64,000 nt of DNA from the NCBI RefSeq assembly GCF_009914755.1, contig NC_060926.1. The stretch is one strand, 5' to 3'. The position numbers and the translations under genes were made by a program. This document shows, in pieces, positions 14,957 through 41,018 of this stretch. Numbering within the stretch: position 1 is the first letter of the stretch; each line of letters opens with the position of its first letter. The stretch comes from the human T2T-CHM13v2.0 reference genome, Homo sapiens. The notes under the pieces were generated by a model. It was not told where the DNA came from. It made no database searches and worked only from the letters and a program-made list of their open reading frames with translations.

Positions 14957-15649
14957 TGATCATTAAAAAGGAAACAATAGGTGCTGGAGAGGATGTGGAG
15001 AAATAGGAACGCTTTTACACTGTTGGTGGGAGTGTAAACTAGTTCAACCATTGTGGAAAACCATGTGGTGATTCCTCAAGGATCTAGAACTAGAAATACC
15101 ATTTGACCCAGCGATCCCATTACTGGGTATATGCCCAAAGGACTATAAATCATTCTACTATAAAGACACATACACATGTATGATTATGGCAGCACTATTC
15201 ACAATAGCAAAGACTTGGAACCAACCCAAATGTCCATCAATGATAGACTGGATTAAGAAAATATGGCACATATACACCATGGAATACTATGCAGCCATAA
15301 AAAGGATGAGTTCATGTCGTTTGTAGGGACATGGATGAAACTGGAAACCATAATTCTGAGCAAACTATCGCAAGGACAGAAAACCAAACACTGCATGTTC
15401 TCACTCATAGGTGGGAATTGAACAATGAGAACACTTGGACACAGGATGGGGAACATCACACACCGGGGCCTGTCATGGGGTGGGGGGAAGGGGGAGGGAT
15501 AGCATTAAAAGAAATACCTAATGTAGATGACGAATTAATGGGTGCAGCACACCACCATGGCACATATATACATATGTAACAAACCTGCATGTTGTGCACA
15601 TGTACCCTAGAACTTAAAGTATTAAAAAAAAAAAAAAAAAGAAAAAAAG
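14957..15649 (+). mobile_element. 5'-truncated L1PA (ORF2 end, 3' UTR, polyA) with TSD
   Basis: L1PA 3' UTR ending gtaccctagaacttaaagtat-polyA; TSD gaagggagc(t/c)catg at 14943-14956 and 15650-15663. Confidence 0.92.
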
Positions 15650-15762
15650 GAAGGGAGCCCATGCCCGAGGGCACCATGCCTCCCTGTCCATCTGCGTGGT
15701 ACTGAATCATCACTGGGAAGCAGCTGCCTGGTCAGGACGTTTCCAGCTTTTACACTGATTGA

Positions 15763-16755
<993 letters not shown>

Positions 16756-17053
16756 CTAGCTGCTGTAACATTTCAGACTTTGGTGGCTTAGCACAATGGA
16801 AGTTTATTTCTCACTGATGTAAGGTCCAGCTTCGGGAGGAAAAGCCGCCTCACTAGTCACTGGGGAGACACGCAGACAGGCTCTTCCATCTTCAGCTCAG
16901 CCTCCCAGGTTGCTCTGGCTGTTGGTAGGAAGAGGAGGGGAGAAGGTGGAAGATTCCCAGTAGGTTTGCTGGATCCTCTCTCTGGACTGCCTTTCCAGAC
17001 CCCTGCTCCCTTCCGCCTGGCCATCCACTCCTAAGCCTAAAGAATGTGCAGGA

Positions 17054-17370
17054 GGCTGGACGTGGTACCTGGAGCCTGTAATCCCAGTGCTTTGGGAGGC
17101 TGAGGTAGGAGGATGGCTTGAGCCCAGGAGTTTGAGATCAACCTGAGCAACACAGTGAGACCCCTGTCTCTACAAAAAACAATTTTAAAAAAATGAGCCA
17201 GGCGTGGTAGCACACACCTGTAGTCCCAGCTATTCGGGAGGCTGAGGTGGGAGGAGCACTTGAGCCCCAGAGTTCGAGGCTGTAGTGAGCTATTATCACA
17301 CCACTTCATTCCAGCCTGGGAGACATAGGGAGGCCCTGTCCTTATTAAAAGATAAAAATAAAATAAAGAA
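17054..17370 (+). mobile_element. Alu (J-like), partly within the 527-bp inverted duplication
   Basis: Alu dimer with degenerate tail. Confidence 0.88.
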
Positions 17371-17676
17371 AGAAAGAAGACTGTGCAGGTGTTGCCTCCT
17401 CCCTGAACCTCGCAGCCTTCCTGCAGACCTGGGCTCCTCCCAGGCCCCTGGTGGTAGCCCTGCTCAAGGGTGCTGTGCTGCTTACTCTGTCCCCACCCCC
17501 AAGCTCTTAGAAGTTGAGGGCTAAGTCTCACAGGTCACGCTCCCCAGCTTCCCAGTCAAGGCTCATTAGCTGTTTGTTTATTGCTGTTTCTCTACCTGAA
17601 CATCAGCTCCACCTGAACAGAGCCTTTCATAGCTGAAACCCCAGCGCCTACAACAGAGACCAGCAAATGATTCATA
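17150..17676. repeat. Source arm of 527-bp inverted duplication (partner 24511-25037)
   Basis: Reverse complement aligns without gaps, about 19 mismatches by manual count; twin ORFs 17037-17531(-) and 24656-25072(+). Confidence 0.95.
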
Positions 17677-18399
17677 GGTCAACACATACATGTGTGTTGA
17701 TCAAATGAATGAATGCATGAATTGGAAGAATGATGGCAGCAAGGCAAGGTCCCCCAGGTTGACTTCTTGCCGGCCCAGGACTCCCCACCCCTCCTTTACT
17801 AGTCAGGACCTGCTATTGCAATTTGCTGCGCTTAGCACAAAACAAAAACCTGGGCCTTCTTGTTCAAAAATTAAGAATTTCAAGACTGCAAGAGCCTTAA
17901 ACCAAGAGGGAGAGGGTGTCTTCCGGGGCCCAGTCCCGGGCTGCTGCATGGTGGGATGGGGGCTCGCTCCCAACTCCCCTCTCCAACCTGCAGCTGGGGG
18001 GCTGGGGTCCACCGCCTCCTGTCAGCCACGCCCGACCGGTAGAACGCTCTTCTGCAGAAACTTCCCAGACCTCCACTTAATGGCACCCAAGCAGGGCGCC
18101 CTGGCAGACACAGTCTCCTTCCGGGAGCAGGCAGGTGCAAGGCAGGCACCGGGGCTTTGGAAGGGGCTGGTGGAGATGCTTGGGTGCCGGTAGCCCCAGG
18201 GCAGACCCTGGGGCCTCCCTCATTCCAGCTCCTCTGCGTCCAGAATGGCTGCCGCTCCTTTGGGGGAGGGTGCGGGATGGTCTCTTTTCTTAGAAAGTGG
18301 CTCAGGTCTTATTCTGCGCCTGGGCATCTCGCAGCCGACACACAGGCACACCAGATGGACAAACAGAAAAACCCACAGAAGGCGGCCCCTCCCCCAATT

Positions 18400-19730
18400 C
18401 AGAGAGCCAGTGACTGGCGCTCCTCCACCCCTAACCAGACACACCCGAAAACAGACGGCCAGACACAGAGTGACCGGCACAGAGAAGACAATACAGAAAT
18501 ACGCAGGGACAAGGACAGACCATCGGACGCTCGGACACGGACCCAGGCAGGATCACCTGGACCTCTGGGTTCCCCAACGGAGACCCTCGGGGAAGGCCCG
18601 GAGCATCGCACGCCCCTGTGGAGCCCCGTGCGCCCCACTTGGCAGCAGCCACGCCCCCCGTGCACACCCCACTTCGGGCTGGCTCTGGAAGACCCCATCT
18701 CCCCAGCCCCGCAACCCCGGGACTCTGGGAGGCATCTCTCGTCACCCAGCGTTTCTGGGGCGCCGGGACAGGGGCTGGGTGGGTGGGCATCGGCGCAGAG
18801 GTGAGGGCTGCAGACGGTGGGCGGGGGCCGGGCGCGCGGGCGGAGGTGCGGGAGGACGCGCTAGTGTCGCGGCAGGGCTGGCCAGTGTCCCAGGGATCAG
18901 GAGCGGGGAGCGGTCCGCGTGGGTCCCGGAGGGGACAGATGGCTGCCCCGGGCGTTGCCCAGTGAGGGGCAGTGGGCAAGGGAGCTCGTAGAATCCTGGG
19001 TCAGCGGGGTGGGGCGCTGGGTAAGTGGACAGGGTGGTATCTTGACTGAGGACGAAGGGGCAGAAGAGGGGAGGGCGGGCGTCGGGAAGTGACAGGAGAC
19101 GGGGCAGGTTGTCGGGGGCGTGGGGTAGGAATCGGAGGGGAGTTGAAAAGGGGGGTGCTGGTTGGCAGAGGTGTCGGGGCAAGGACAGGAGCCAGGAGCG
19201 CAGGCGGGGCCCGACGGCAGCCACCCCCGGGGCCAGACTTGGCGCGGGTGTCTTGAAGATGCTTGAGGGCCTGGGGTCGCCCGCCTGGCCCCGGGCAGCT
19301 GCGAGCGCCTCAGTCGCGGGGTCATCGGGGCCCGCGGCCTGCCCACCTCCCTCGCCGTCGGCCCCGAGGTCCCCGGAGTCCCCGGGCCCCCCGGAGGGGC
19401 GGTGTGCGCGCCAGCGTCCCACAGAAGCTGGCCGAGATGCCGAGCAGCCAGTATGGGCTGATCGTGTTCGTGGCGGGGCTGCTGCTGCTGCTGGCCTGGG
19501 CCGTGCACGCCGCGGGCGTGAGCAAGAGCGACCTGCTGTGCTTCCTGACGGCGCTCATGCTGCTGCAGATGCTGTGGATGCTGTGGTACGTGGGCCGCAG
19601 CTCCGCGCACCGCCGCCTCTTCCGCCTCAAGGACACGCACGCCGGCGCCGGCTGGCTGCACCGGCTGGTGAGTCCAGGCACCGGGCAAGCGGGTCTCTGC
19701 CTCCTTGCCTGCTGGCTGCATCCTGAGACG
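18400..19730. promoter_or_regulatory. CpG island over OTOP1-like promoter and exon 1
   Basis: Very GC- and CpG-rich stretch with GC boxes (GGGCGG at ~18819, ~18838, ~19073), contrasting with CpG-poor flanks. Confidence 0.85.
19259..19667 (+). pseudogene. OTOP1: OTOP1-like coding exon 1 (ATG 19259; donor GTGAGT at 19668)
   Basis: MLEGLGSPAWPRAAASASVAGSSGPAACPPPSPSAPRSPESP in one frame, then APRRGGVRASVPQKLAEMPSSQYGLIVFVAGLLLLLAWAVHAAGVSKSDLLCFLTALMLLQMLWMLWYVGRSSAHRRLFRLKDTHAGAGWL in the next frame (extra G at 19384-19386). Confidence 0.95.
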
Positions 19731-20510
19731 GCTCTGCCCCCTTCCTACCACTGCCGTCTTCCCTTCAGCCTTTTCTGCCTTGGTCTCTCTGTGCATCTTT
19801 CCTAGCTTTCCTATCTGCCCTTCCTTCTTTCCTCTCTCTCTCTCTCTCTGAAGCCTGGGTCGCCGCGGGAGCCTCCTCTCCGCCTCCAGAGGCTTCCATC
19901 ATTACAGCCACAGTTACAGAAACCTCTCCTGTCCTTCCCTGGCTTAAAGCCATACAGTGGCCCTACTGACCCCATGATGGAGGTCACGTTCCCTCTCCTG
20001 ACACTCAGAGCCTTCTAGCACCCGGCCCCCGAGGGCCCGTTTCCTTTGATCCCCTCCTTTGTTCTCATCCTATGCTGGGGTCATTCTCGAGGGCTTTCTC
20101 TCCCGTCGCAGGATCTCTGCCTCTGCACATTCAGCACCTTTGGTTCCCTCCTCCAGGAATGTTTTTCCACTCTCCCACCTGCCCCTCTGCTTTCCGAGAC
20201 AGGCCTCAGGCCTCACCCCATTCTCCCCGCGAAGCTTCTCCGACCCCCTTCTCTTCCCCGCTTTGCAGGTCTGACCGCACGCTCCCAGCCCGCACTGGGT
20301 TCCAGTGTTCTTGTCCACATGTCTGTACCCTCCACTCCACTGGGGAGCTCTGTGATCCCTGTCTCTCGGTCCTAGAGCCACCTCAGGGCCTGGGCACAAG
20401 TGGGTGTTGAGAAAATGAGGGGGGATGAATGATGTAATGAATGCGTGGATGCAGGGTGGGGCAGAGAGGGATAGAGGCTCCTGCTGGTACTCACGGAATC
20501 GTCAAGATAG

Positions 20511-20853
<343 letters not shown>

Positions 20854-21619
20854 TGGGGTTGCCAGTCTTGAATGGGAGACAGACATGGTGCAGGTGAAAG
20901 GGAGGAGGCCGTGGGGAGCATGCTTGTGAAGAAAGCTTCTGTCTGAGTCACCTTCCCAGGAGAAGCCGACTGCATTTCACACCACGTGGTCCAGACACAT
21001 CACACATTGCCACTTGGATTCTCATATTAGACCTGAATTTAAATCTCCATTAGAGTGGGGCTTCCGTGTTCCTTGCATGCATGACCTCGGGCAAGTTACT
21101 TGATTGCCTTCCTTACCCTGAACCCTGGTGTCGGCATCTGTAGAATGGGGATCTCACACTGGATAGGATCCAGTGATTGATGAGGTGGCTGCCCAGCACA
21201 CACTAGGCCTCCTTTCTGCACTTCTTTCAAAGGTCCTGGCCAGATGCCACCTTCTTCACAAATGCCTGGCAGGAATTACTCCTCACTTCCATGGGCCACC
21301 ATGGCCCTCCTTCTGTAAAGCTTTTTTGGTCCTTGTCTGTTTCTGCCTTGTATTATGACTGTTGAATATTAGCCTTATCATCCAGAAGAGATTTTAGACT
21401 TCTTAGGCTCAGGGACTGGATCTAGTTCATCTTGCTTTTGGGGAAATTTGACACCATTGCAGGGTGGCCCAAATTCCTGTTCTGAAATTGGTTGTTTTAG
21501 GGAAGTTAATGGTTTTGTGACTCTGTGAATGACAGTGAATCTGGTGCTATTTAAAACAAGGCACAAAGTGTTATTTTAGGATATTGACTTACACAGGCTA
21601 AAAAGTATTATACACATGA

Positions 21620-25219
<3,600 letters not shown>

Positions 25220-25734
25220 AAAGTAAGTACCAGCTGGTGATGGAAGGGTGCGCTTTGAGAGATGTTGAGCCTCCCAGCCCTGGGCTTGTCCAAGTAGAGA
25301 TCAGATGGCTGCCGGTCATGATGCATTGGAAAGCATTCTTGCATGGGATAGAATGCAGACTAACTCTGTGGGACTTTCCGCCTCTAAGAGGGGGGGTTCA
25401 AGATTCTAGACTCCTAGGAGGGATTTGGGTGCCTAACAAAGAGGAGGGGGTTCCCTCTGCCATCACTAGATGGGTACCCTATGTAGTCTTTGGATTATTC
25501 TCAAGTATTGTAGCTGGTAAACTTTCTAATTGGTTCTAATGCATCAACATTTTCTTGGCGATTGAGTGATGATAATAACATCCCGCTTATAGAACTTTCT
25601 AGGTAAGGAACACTGTTCTAGGTGACTTCCATGTAATGACTCACTTAATCTCCTCAGCACCCCTATGAGATAGGTGTTATTACTGTCATTACATCTTAGA
25701 GATGGGGAAACTGAGGCAAAGGTAAGTTAAGTAA

Positions 25735-27611
<1,877 letters not shown>

Positions 27612-28613
27612 TAGAGATAGTTAATAGAATTTAGCCTCAAAATGTCTATTCTGTATGACAAGTCTTTATAGGGCATGTAAATTACACATCTCAGGCAGTT
27701 TATCCATTTGAATTTAAGTTCTTCTTTTCTCTCCTATTAATCTAATTATCTATCTCCATCTGTCTCTCCATCCATTATACCTCCACCCTCCTCTAGCCTT
27801 CCACAGAGTTGATTGGTCACTATAATTTGCTCTCCTCCTCATCTTCCCCTCTTTTGGGGACTCTCTTCCAGTTCACAAGCTCCTTGGTTAAAGTCCTTTG
27901 TCAGACAAGTTATGTGGATGACAGTTTTCTCTGTTCTCTGTTCAACAATCACCTCCTTTCCTGCCCATGTACCTTCAACCTCAGTCCCCTTTTCTGCTTT
28001 ACTTTTCTTCATGCACTTAGCACTTCCTGACATTCTTTATGTGTTTACTATTTACCGGTTTATTTTTTGCCTTCCCCACTAGATGTGAAACTCCTCAAGG
28101 GCAGATACTCTATTTTATTGACCTTTATATCTTCAGTGCCTGGGACAATGCCTGGCCCATGGTTGCTGCTCAATAAATAGCTGTTGAAAAAATTACATTT
28201 TGTATACTTCAAACATCATTCTGCCTTTTGCCCTGACACATGGGCGACATCTTAGCTGAGAATAAGGTTTTTGAGGTGCAGTCCTTTCCTTGTGGCACAT
28301 TCCTCCACTGTCTTCTGGTTTCCCAGGCTGCACAGAGGAAGTCTGTTGCCAGCTCATCTCTCTGATATTTTGTGCACACCCCAATTTATGCAATATTATA
28401 CTCGCATATTTTTGTTTCTACAGCAATCTCCTATGTCTGTCTTTGAGCCCTTGGCACAATGTCTCATGCATCGTAGGAGTCCCCAAGGTGTTTGTTGTAT
28501 AAACAACTGGCTGAATGAATCCATGGATGAATGGATGAACACAGGAAGAAAGGGAGGACTTAAAGAGTATATTATTGAACGCTTGGCATGTCAACCACAG
28601 AGATGGTCTAGAC

Positions 28614-28799
28614 CAGTAGTTTTCAAAGCGGAGCCTAGATCAACAGTGGCAGCCCCACTTGAAAACTTGTTAGAGATGAAAATTTTGGGGCACCACCCAG
28701 ACCTACTAAATCAGAAACTCTGGAGGTGGAGCCCAGGAATTTGTGTTTTAACAAGCCCTGCAGGTGATTCTGATGCAGTTTCCAGTTTGAGAACCACTG
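28614..28799. mobile_element. MER5A-type hAT MITE
   Basis: cagtagttttcaaa ... tttgagaaccactg terminal inverted repeats and MER5A internal motifs. Confidence 0.82.
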
Positions 28800-29566
28800 C
28801 TGTAGACCATCTGCATTTTCTGTATGGGAATCCTGAGGCTGGGAGCAGGAAGTGACTCATGTATTCTGTGAGTGTCCAGGTCTCCGTACTTTCAGGCCTG
28901 TACTCTTGCCACTCAGCCACGCTGCCTCACCTGATCTTGCTATGTTTTTTGTAATTAAAACCAACCACGTATTTGTCAAAACATTTCAAAGCACTGGGAT
29001 TGAATCTCCACTCTTACAAAGTTTCCGATTTCATTGGGGTGTTTTCAGGATTAAAAATGTGAGTTAGAGTTGTTTCTATAAGGCTTTGAGCAGTGGAAAA
29101 GTGCCAGGCGATTGCATTACTTTTCAGAGGAGGCTTCTCAGGCTGGGGCTGTAACGTTATAGCGCAATGTTATGGCTCATGCCCTCCTCTCTGCTCAGTG
29201 CCTTAATGCATGTCATACATGATCCAGTTTCCTCCTGTTGGTAGGAGCAAATGTGTAAATGGCAGTCAATGCTAGCCCAGGAGGGAGATGAGGAACTCTG
29301 ACTTGATCAAGCACTCATGATCATTGCCTTTTTCTCACTAATTTCTTCATTTGTCACCAAGTGTCTTTTTAATGTATTTTGTACATTCCTTTCCAGTCTT
29401 TTTTATATGCAAATTTTTTATTAGTTTGTCTTTATATTTTGGGCAGCCATGCTCATTATAATATCAAAGATTGCTTCCTTTCCTCAGTACACCTAGCACA
29501 GGCCCTTCCTCAGCTACTACTATACAGCCCTTACCCATCTATTTTTTTTTTTTCTAATATACTTTC

Positions 29567-30227
<661 letters not shown>

Positions 30228-30619
30228 CAGCTGCACTCTTATTCTTTAGAGAACAGGATTTTAGGATTAGAGAATTGAGATTTTTGAGTAGAGCAGTGAC
30301 ATTCTTAGATTTCTCCTTTTTGAAAAAGCTTCTGGGAGCATTCTGTTGACTGGACCAGGCTTCGTTGATTGTGTATCATTTGTCAGACTCTAGGCTATGG
30401 GGTGGGTACAATGATGAACAGGACACAACACCTGCCTTCTAGTTTTACCTTCGCAGCTCAAGAGTAGAATTTCTTTATTTATTTAGAAATAATTATTATG
30501 TTATTTTTGGGTAGAGATGGGGTTGCTTAGGCTCTTGGCCTCAAGTGATCCTCCCGCCTTGGCCTCCCAAAGTGCTGGAATTACAGGCATGAGCCACCAT
30601 GCCTGGGCTAGAATTTATT

Positions 30620-32520
<1,901 letters not shown>

Positions 32521-32604
32521 TGTAATATAATTTATTTTGAAATGACATCAATGTATATTAATGGAATGTGTGTGTTTCCACTTCCCCCTTTATCCCACAT
32601 TTAG

Positions 32605-32741
32605 GTAGTATCACATTGTTTGCAGTCATTACCATCATCCTGGGATGCCTTAAAATTAGATACTTCATTGGATTTTCAGAATGTTTATCAGCCACTGAAG
32701 GAGTTTTCCCTGTCACCCATTCAGTGCATACTTTGTTGCAG
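32605..32741 (+). pseudogene. OTOP1: OTOP1-like exon 2 (137 nt)
   Basis: tttag|GTAGTATC...TTGCAG|gtaaac; encodes (G)SITLFAVITIILGCLKIRYFIGFSECLSATEGVFPVTHSVHTLLQ. Confidence 0.95.
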
Positions 32742-33499
32742 GTAAACCACTGATGTTTATTCATGTTGTCTCATTCCTGTGGAGTGTATCCCAGGTTGTG
32801 TAGAAACTTGTAACATCGAGACATGTGGCAAGTGGAGACAGTGTGCACAGCTGTGAACTGCAGTGAACTGAGGTGAACTGAAGTCTATCTTTGAGGCTTA
32901 ATTCTTCAGCTGCCTCCATTGCAAAATAAAACTCTGTGTCCCCATGGCCATTTTTGCAGGGATCCTATGAGGCAGAACTTCTAATGATGAAGAGTCAGGA
33001 AATTCTGCCAAGCCAGGGTCTACAGTAAAAGCTTGAGGGAGTTTTATTTTCTGGGTATGTAACAGGTTTATTGAGAGAATTCACATGACATATAATTCAG
33101 CCATTTAACATGTGGAATTCAACGGTTTAGTCTGTTCATAGAGTTATGCAACCATTGCCAAAATCAATTTTATTTTTAAAAAAAATTTAATATTCTTCCT
33201 ACATAGAAACCTTGTGCCATTACAATGCCTCCTCTGGGTCATGGAAGCGCTTTTGTTTTCTCGTTTGGGGATTAAAGTCTTTTAGAAATGTATGAGGATT
33301 TTTTCCCACAGCATTGGTAAACTTGGTATGGCTCAGAAGGAAGGATTTGATAAATATAATTTAAATACATAGCTTAGGGTCAGAAAAATCTCATGGTTGA
33401 AAAGAATGTTAGATGGGCTTTCAGGGTAGTGTTCGCCCTTGGCAGAAATCCGTGGTAATGTTATCAGAGTCAGGATCTGAATTGTTGAATTGTCAGTCT

Positions 33500-34155
33500 C
33501 ATTTTTTTTTTGTTTTTTGTTGTATATGTTTAAGGTATACAACATGATTATTTGATATTCCTATCCATAGTGAAGTGATTACTACAGTCAAGCATATTTA
33601 TGTCTGTCATCTCACATAGTTGCCTTTCTTTTTTTGGATGTGGTAAGAGCACCTAAAATCTATTCTCTTAGCAAATTTCCAGTATACAATACAATAGTAT
33701 TAACTACAGTCTTCACGTTGTCCATTACATCTTTAGAATTATTCATCTTACGTATTTGCAACTTTGTACCCTTTGACCAAAATCTTCTAATTTTTCCCCT
33801 CCAACTACCATTCTACTCTTTATGTTATTTTGTTTTTATTTATTAATTTAATTCAATTTTAGAGACAGGGTCTTGCTCTGTTGCCCAGGGTAGAGTGCAG
33901 TGGTGCCATCACGGATCACTGCAGCCTTGAATTCAGCTCAAGTGATCCTCCCGCCTCAGTCTCCCTAGTAGCTAGGACTACAGGCCCACATCACCATGCC
34001 CAGCTTCTACCATCTGTTTTTATGCATTGGATTAAAAACGTTTTTCTAGATACCACATATAAGTGAGATTATGCAGTATTTTTCTTTCTGTGTCTGCCTT
34101 ATTTCACTGAGCACAATGTCCTCCAGATTTGCCCATGTTGTTGCAAATGGCAGGC
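33500..34155 (-). mobile_element. L1MA 3' fragment with partial Alu
   Basis: gagcacctaaaatctattctcttagcaaatttc motif. Confidence 0.7.
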
Positions 34156-34629
34156 TCTGCCCTCATTTTTTTCTAACGAAGAAGTTGGAGCTCAGAGAAG
34201 ACAAGTGACTTGCTCAAAGTCACTGCGGAGACACAATGATTATTTTCTTCCTGACAAGTCACCCTGGAAGACCATGAACTTGTTCTGGTGATACTGCCAT
34301 TGCTGGAAATATTTTTGGATTTCCAGTTTGAGAAGGTTCTTTGGAAAGTTTTCTACCTCTAGAAAACCAGGGATGACATTTTTAAAACTTCATCTTTTAT
34401 CCAAAGTGACCGTCAGCTTGTACCCCCAGCTGACTTACCGGACAGCACTGGATGACCTTAGAGTGTTTCTCTAGATCAAACACATTCTCAAACAGTGAAG
34501 CTAACAGACAGAACATGCCCAGTGAGCCTGGAAACAGTTTAGCTCCCTGGTGGCATGGTGGGATCACTGGGGAGCTTGCTGAGGGGCTCATTTGGAGGGG
34601 CTGCCTTGCACTTGAAAGCTTTATGAACT

Positions 34630-35310
<681 letters not shown>

Positions 35311-36350
35311 ATAACTGGCTGCTCATTCCAGGGGAGCCAAATCCCGTGAAGACAGAGCCTTATAGTGATACAGTGACAATGTGGAAAGCTTTCGTGAGGC
35401 CAGAACGAACTGCATTCGTTCATTCATTTATTTTTCTTGCAGTTCATCTTTAAATACTGGATGAACATTGTTCTCAGCATGGGGAATACAAGGCTGCAAA
35501 GTCTGTGGCACACACCGTGGGGGTGTCAGTTAGGTGAGAGGCAGTCCCCAAAACAGTGACAACGCTGGGCTCAGTGCTTTGACCAGAGTGTCCCAGAGCA
35601 ATGAGGGAGCACAAAGGAGGGCATTTCGGCAGCTTGGGGTGAGAGTCAATTTCTGCCAGAGAAGGTCCCAGAACCGTTTGTGAGAGAGGGGGGAGCACAG
35701 GGTTAGTGGGTCAGAGGCCACTGGAAGAGGGTGTCTTTGGGACATGCAGTCTTTCCTCACAGTGGGGTAGCGGGAGGATGTGTGGGCACAGGCTGGATCC
35801 CTGTTTGGTGTAGGGCTTGTAAGCTTGCACTCTGGTCAGATTGCATGACTCTGGCTCTGACCACAGCTGTGTGACTTCAGGAAAATTATTTAACTTCTCT
35901 GGGCCTCATGGGTCTTACTTGCAAGGTGAGGACAATCACAGTACCTACTTCATGGGCTCGTTGTAGAGATTAAAGGCACATGTGTATGAAAAGCACTTGG
36001 CACAGGGCTAGGTGTGCAGCAAATTCTTGGTCAAGGCTGACCACCACCTAGGGGCTTGGGCTTCACCTCAAGGGCAGTGGGGAGCCACTGAAGGCTTTAG
36101 GCAGAAGAATGACTGGGACAGATATGAATTTTCAAAATATCCCTCTTAGTTGGTGGGTTGGAGATCCTAGCTTTCTAATTTAAGGCCTTTTATTGGCCAG
36201 GCAAGTCAATGAATTAATAATTCTATACCTGTTGGACACTTACCATGTGCTTTTGCTACATTAGATGACTGGCGAATGGAAAAAAGTATATATAACAATT
36301 AGGCGCTGTTCTAAAAAACAGAGCATTTATTTTAAAATTGTGGCAAATAC

Positions 36351-36830
36351 TGAAAAACCCGTAGATATCAGGATGAAATCGCTTTTGTCAGACCCAGGCA
36401 AAATAGGCCTGGGAAAGCGCTAAGGAGAGGGCACTTCTGTCTACGTGTCTGAGATACAAAGTGTTTCCAAAGACTTTCTAAAAACCCTTCATGCATCTCC
36501 TGCTTTGAAGAGGTTGGACATTACTAGACATTCATTAGGACTGCAGTAAAGCAGATAAGATGCTCTTGGAAGAACACTTGTCCAGCACTGGCATCTCCAC
36601 CAATGAACTGATGACAACTCTGGCTTTGAGCCTCTAGAACCGATGAACTTTTTTTCTCTGTGGATTATGTAAATCTCTCTTTGCTAATAACAGCTCCTCC
36701 TTACCCTTCCCTCACCGAATGCGCTGGTGGCTTGCCATTCCATGCATTCTGGACTGTAATTCCTATTTCCAAGTAAATCCAACATATTTAGCGATAATTT
36801 TCTCTAATGTCTTTTTTTTTCAGGTTGACA
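36351..36830 (+). mobile_element. ERV1 (MER4-group-like) solo LTR inside an antisense L1MB fragment (36330-37130)
   Basis: TG...aggttgaCA ends; L1 sequence resumes on both sides. Family uncertain. Confidence 0.55.
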
Positions 36831-37244
36831 ATCACATAACATTTACCATCTTAGTCATTTTAAGCATATGGTTCATTAATGTTAAGTACATTCACTTGTT
36901 GTACAACCAATCTGCAAACGTTTTTCATCTTGCAAAACTGAAACTCTGAGCCCACTAAACAACTCTCTATTTCCTCCTCCTCTGGCTTTTGGCAAACTCT
37001 GTTCTACTTTCTGTCTTTATGAGTTTGAATATTCTAGATGCCTCGTATAAATTGAACCATACAGTATTGGTCTTCTTGTGTCTGGCTTATTTCTCACAGC
37101 ATAACGTTCTCAAGGGTCATCCATGATGTAGCCAGAATCATGGCTGAGAAGGAGCCGTGTATTTGTGTGCACATGTCTGTCTCACCCTATGGTGCCTGAG
37201 GCTCTCCCAGGGCTGCTTGAGAACTGAGTCCTTGTGTTTTTCAG

Positions 37245-37375
37245 GTTTGGGGTGATCCACTTGGTGTTCACCAACCTGCTTCTGTGGGCCAACGGCGTCC
37301 TCAATGAGTCAAAGCACCAACTCAATGAGCACAAGGAATGGCTCATCACTCTGGGCTTTGGGAACATAACAACAG
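37245..37375 (+). pseudogene. OTOP1: OTOP1-like exon 4 (131 nt)
   Basis: tttttcag|GTTTGGG...ACAACAG|gtgag; encodes FGVIHLVFTNLLLWANGVLNESKHQLNEHKEWLITLGFGNITT (read manually; not in the ORF track). Confidence 0.93.
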
Positions 37376-38426
37376 GTGAGTGCTGAGAGAGGTGAGTGGC
37401 CCCTCTGCCATGTTGGAATGTCTTGGAAACCTGCAGAGTCCACAGTGTTCAGAGATGGAGTGCAGGTTCCAAAGAACTTCAGGCCCACCAAAGTCAGCAT
37501 CAGCCAGACAGCCCCCTGTTGTTGAAAATCTTCCAAAACCTGAATCTCTCATAAGTGATGTGTACTGAGCATAATTAAGGTTTCTTCCATGACTCAGGGA
37601 CTTGTAAGACCCACGGTGATCATTCTGATGGCCATTTCTCATGGTCCAGTTTGCCGCAGAAATAAATGTCTTTGTTTTCAACTACAGAAGATTGATGGTT
37701 GCCTCTGCTTGTGTTTTTAATTAAACCTCTATTACCAGTTCTTTCTAGTAAAAGTATGGCTTTTAAAAATTCATAAAAGTCTAATGGTAGGTTGTGGTTA
37801 ATAGGCTGTGGTTCATTTAAAGTTTTAATTTAACTGTAGTTGGCTTATAATTCTAGCTCATGTCTGTTCTACCTTGTTCCTATTTGAGAGCCTGTTGGGT
37901 TAATCTTTATATTTTCATCTAAAATCCTTTAGCATTTACAATATGTCACTTCTATATGAGAACATTCAGGCTGAGGGGAATGTGGGGCAGGGAACTGGGT
38001 GTCTCAGGTTTGTTCCCATCATGTACAAGCTGTGTGACCTTTAGAAGACTTTTAATCTCTCTGAGCCTCCCTTTTCTCATTTGTAAAGTGAGGGTATCCA
38101 AATCATGCACTTGCAAAGATCCCTTCCAGCTTTAACATGCAGCAAGTCTGTGACAGCTGTGTGAACCCAGGCTGTCCTGGAGAGCCACTTTGAACCTGTT
38201 TTGTCATCAGTGGGGTGGAGACAACGAAGTCACCACCCCCAACCAGCAGGCACTCGGTGTTTGGGCCTCATGTCCTCTTTGGTATCAATATTAGTAGCAG
38301 CAATGACAACAATAACAAAAGTAAATTTTTATTAAGCATTTGCTGAGTGCCTGCCACTGTTGTTGGAAATTTACACATGTCATTTAATTTGTACCCCCAC
38401 ACTCTCTGGTAGGCTATATATGTGTG

Positions 38427-41018
<2,592 letters not shown>

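Noticed and set aside
14957-15649. L1 as cause of the duplications or as an active element
   Set aside because: Short 5'-truncated copy with its own TSD, not located at any duplication junction.
18157-19796. Long overlapping ORFs (215, 248, 226 and 299 aa) in the CpG island
   Set aside because: Expected in stop-poor GC-rich DNA; the minus-strand ones are antisense shadows of exon 1, with no recognisable domains.
35731-35755. gtgtctttgggacatgcagtcttt as an exon 3 remnant
   Set aside because: Only a short WGHA-like resemblance, with no polypyrimidine acceptor and no continuation to KDIIQSFKTLER.
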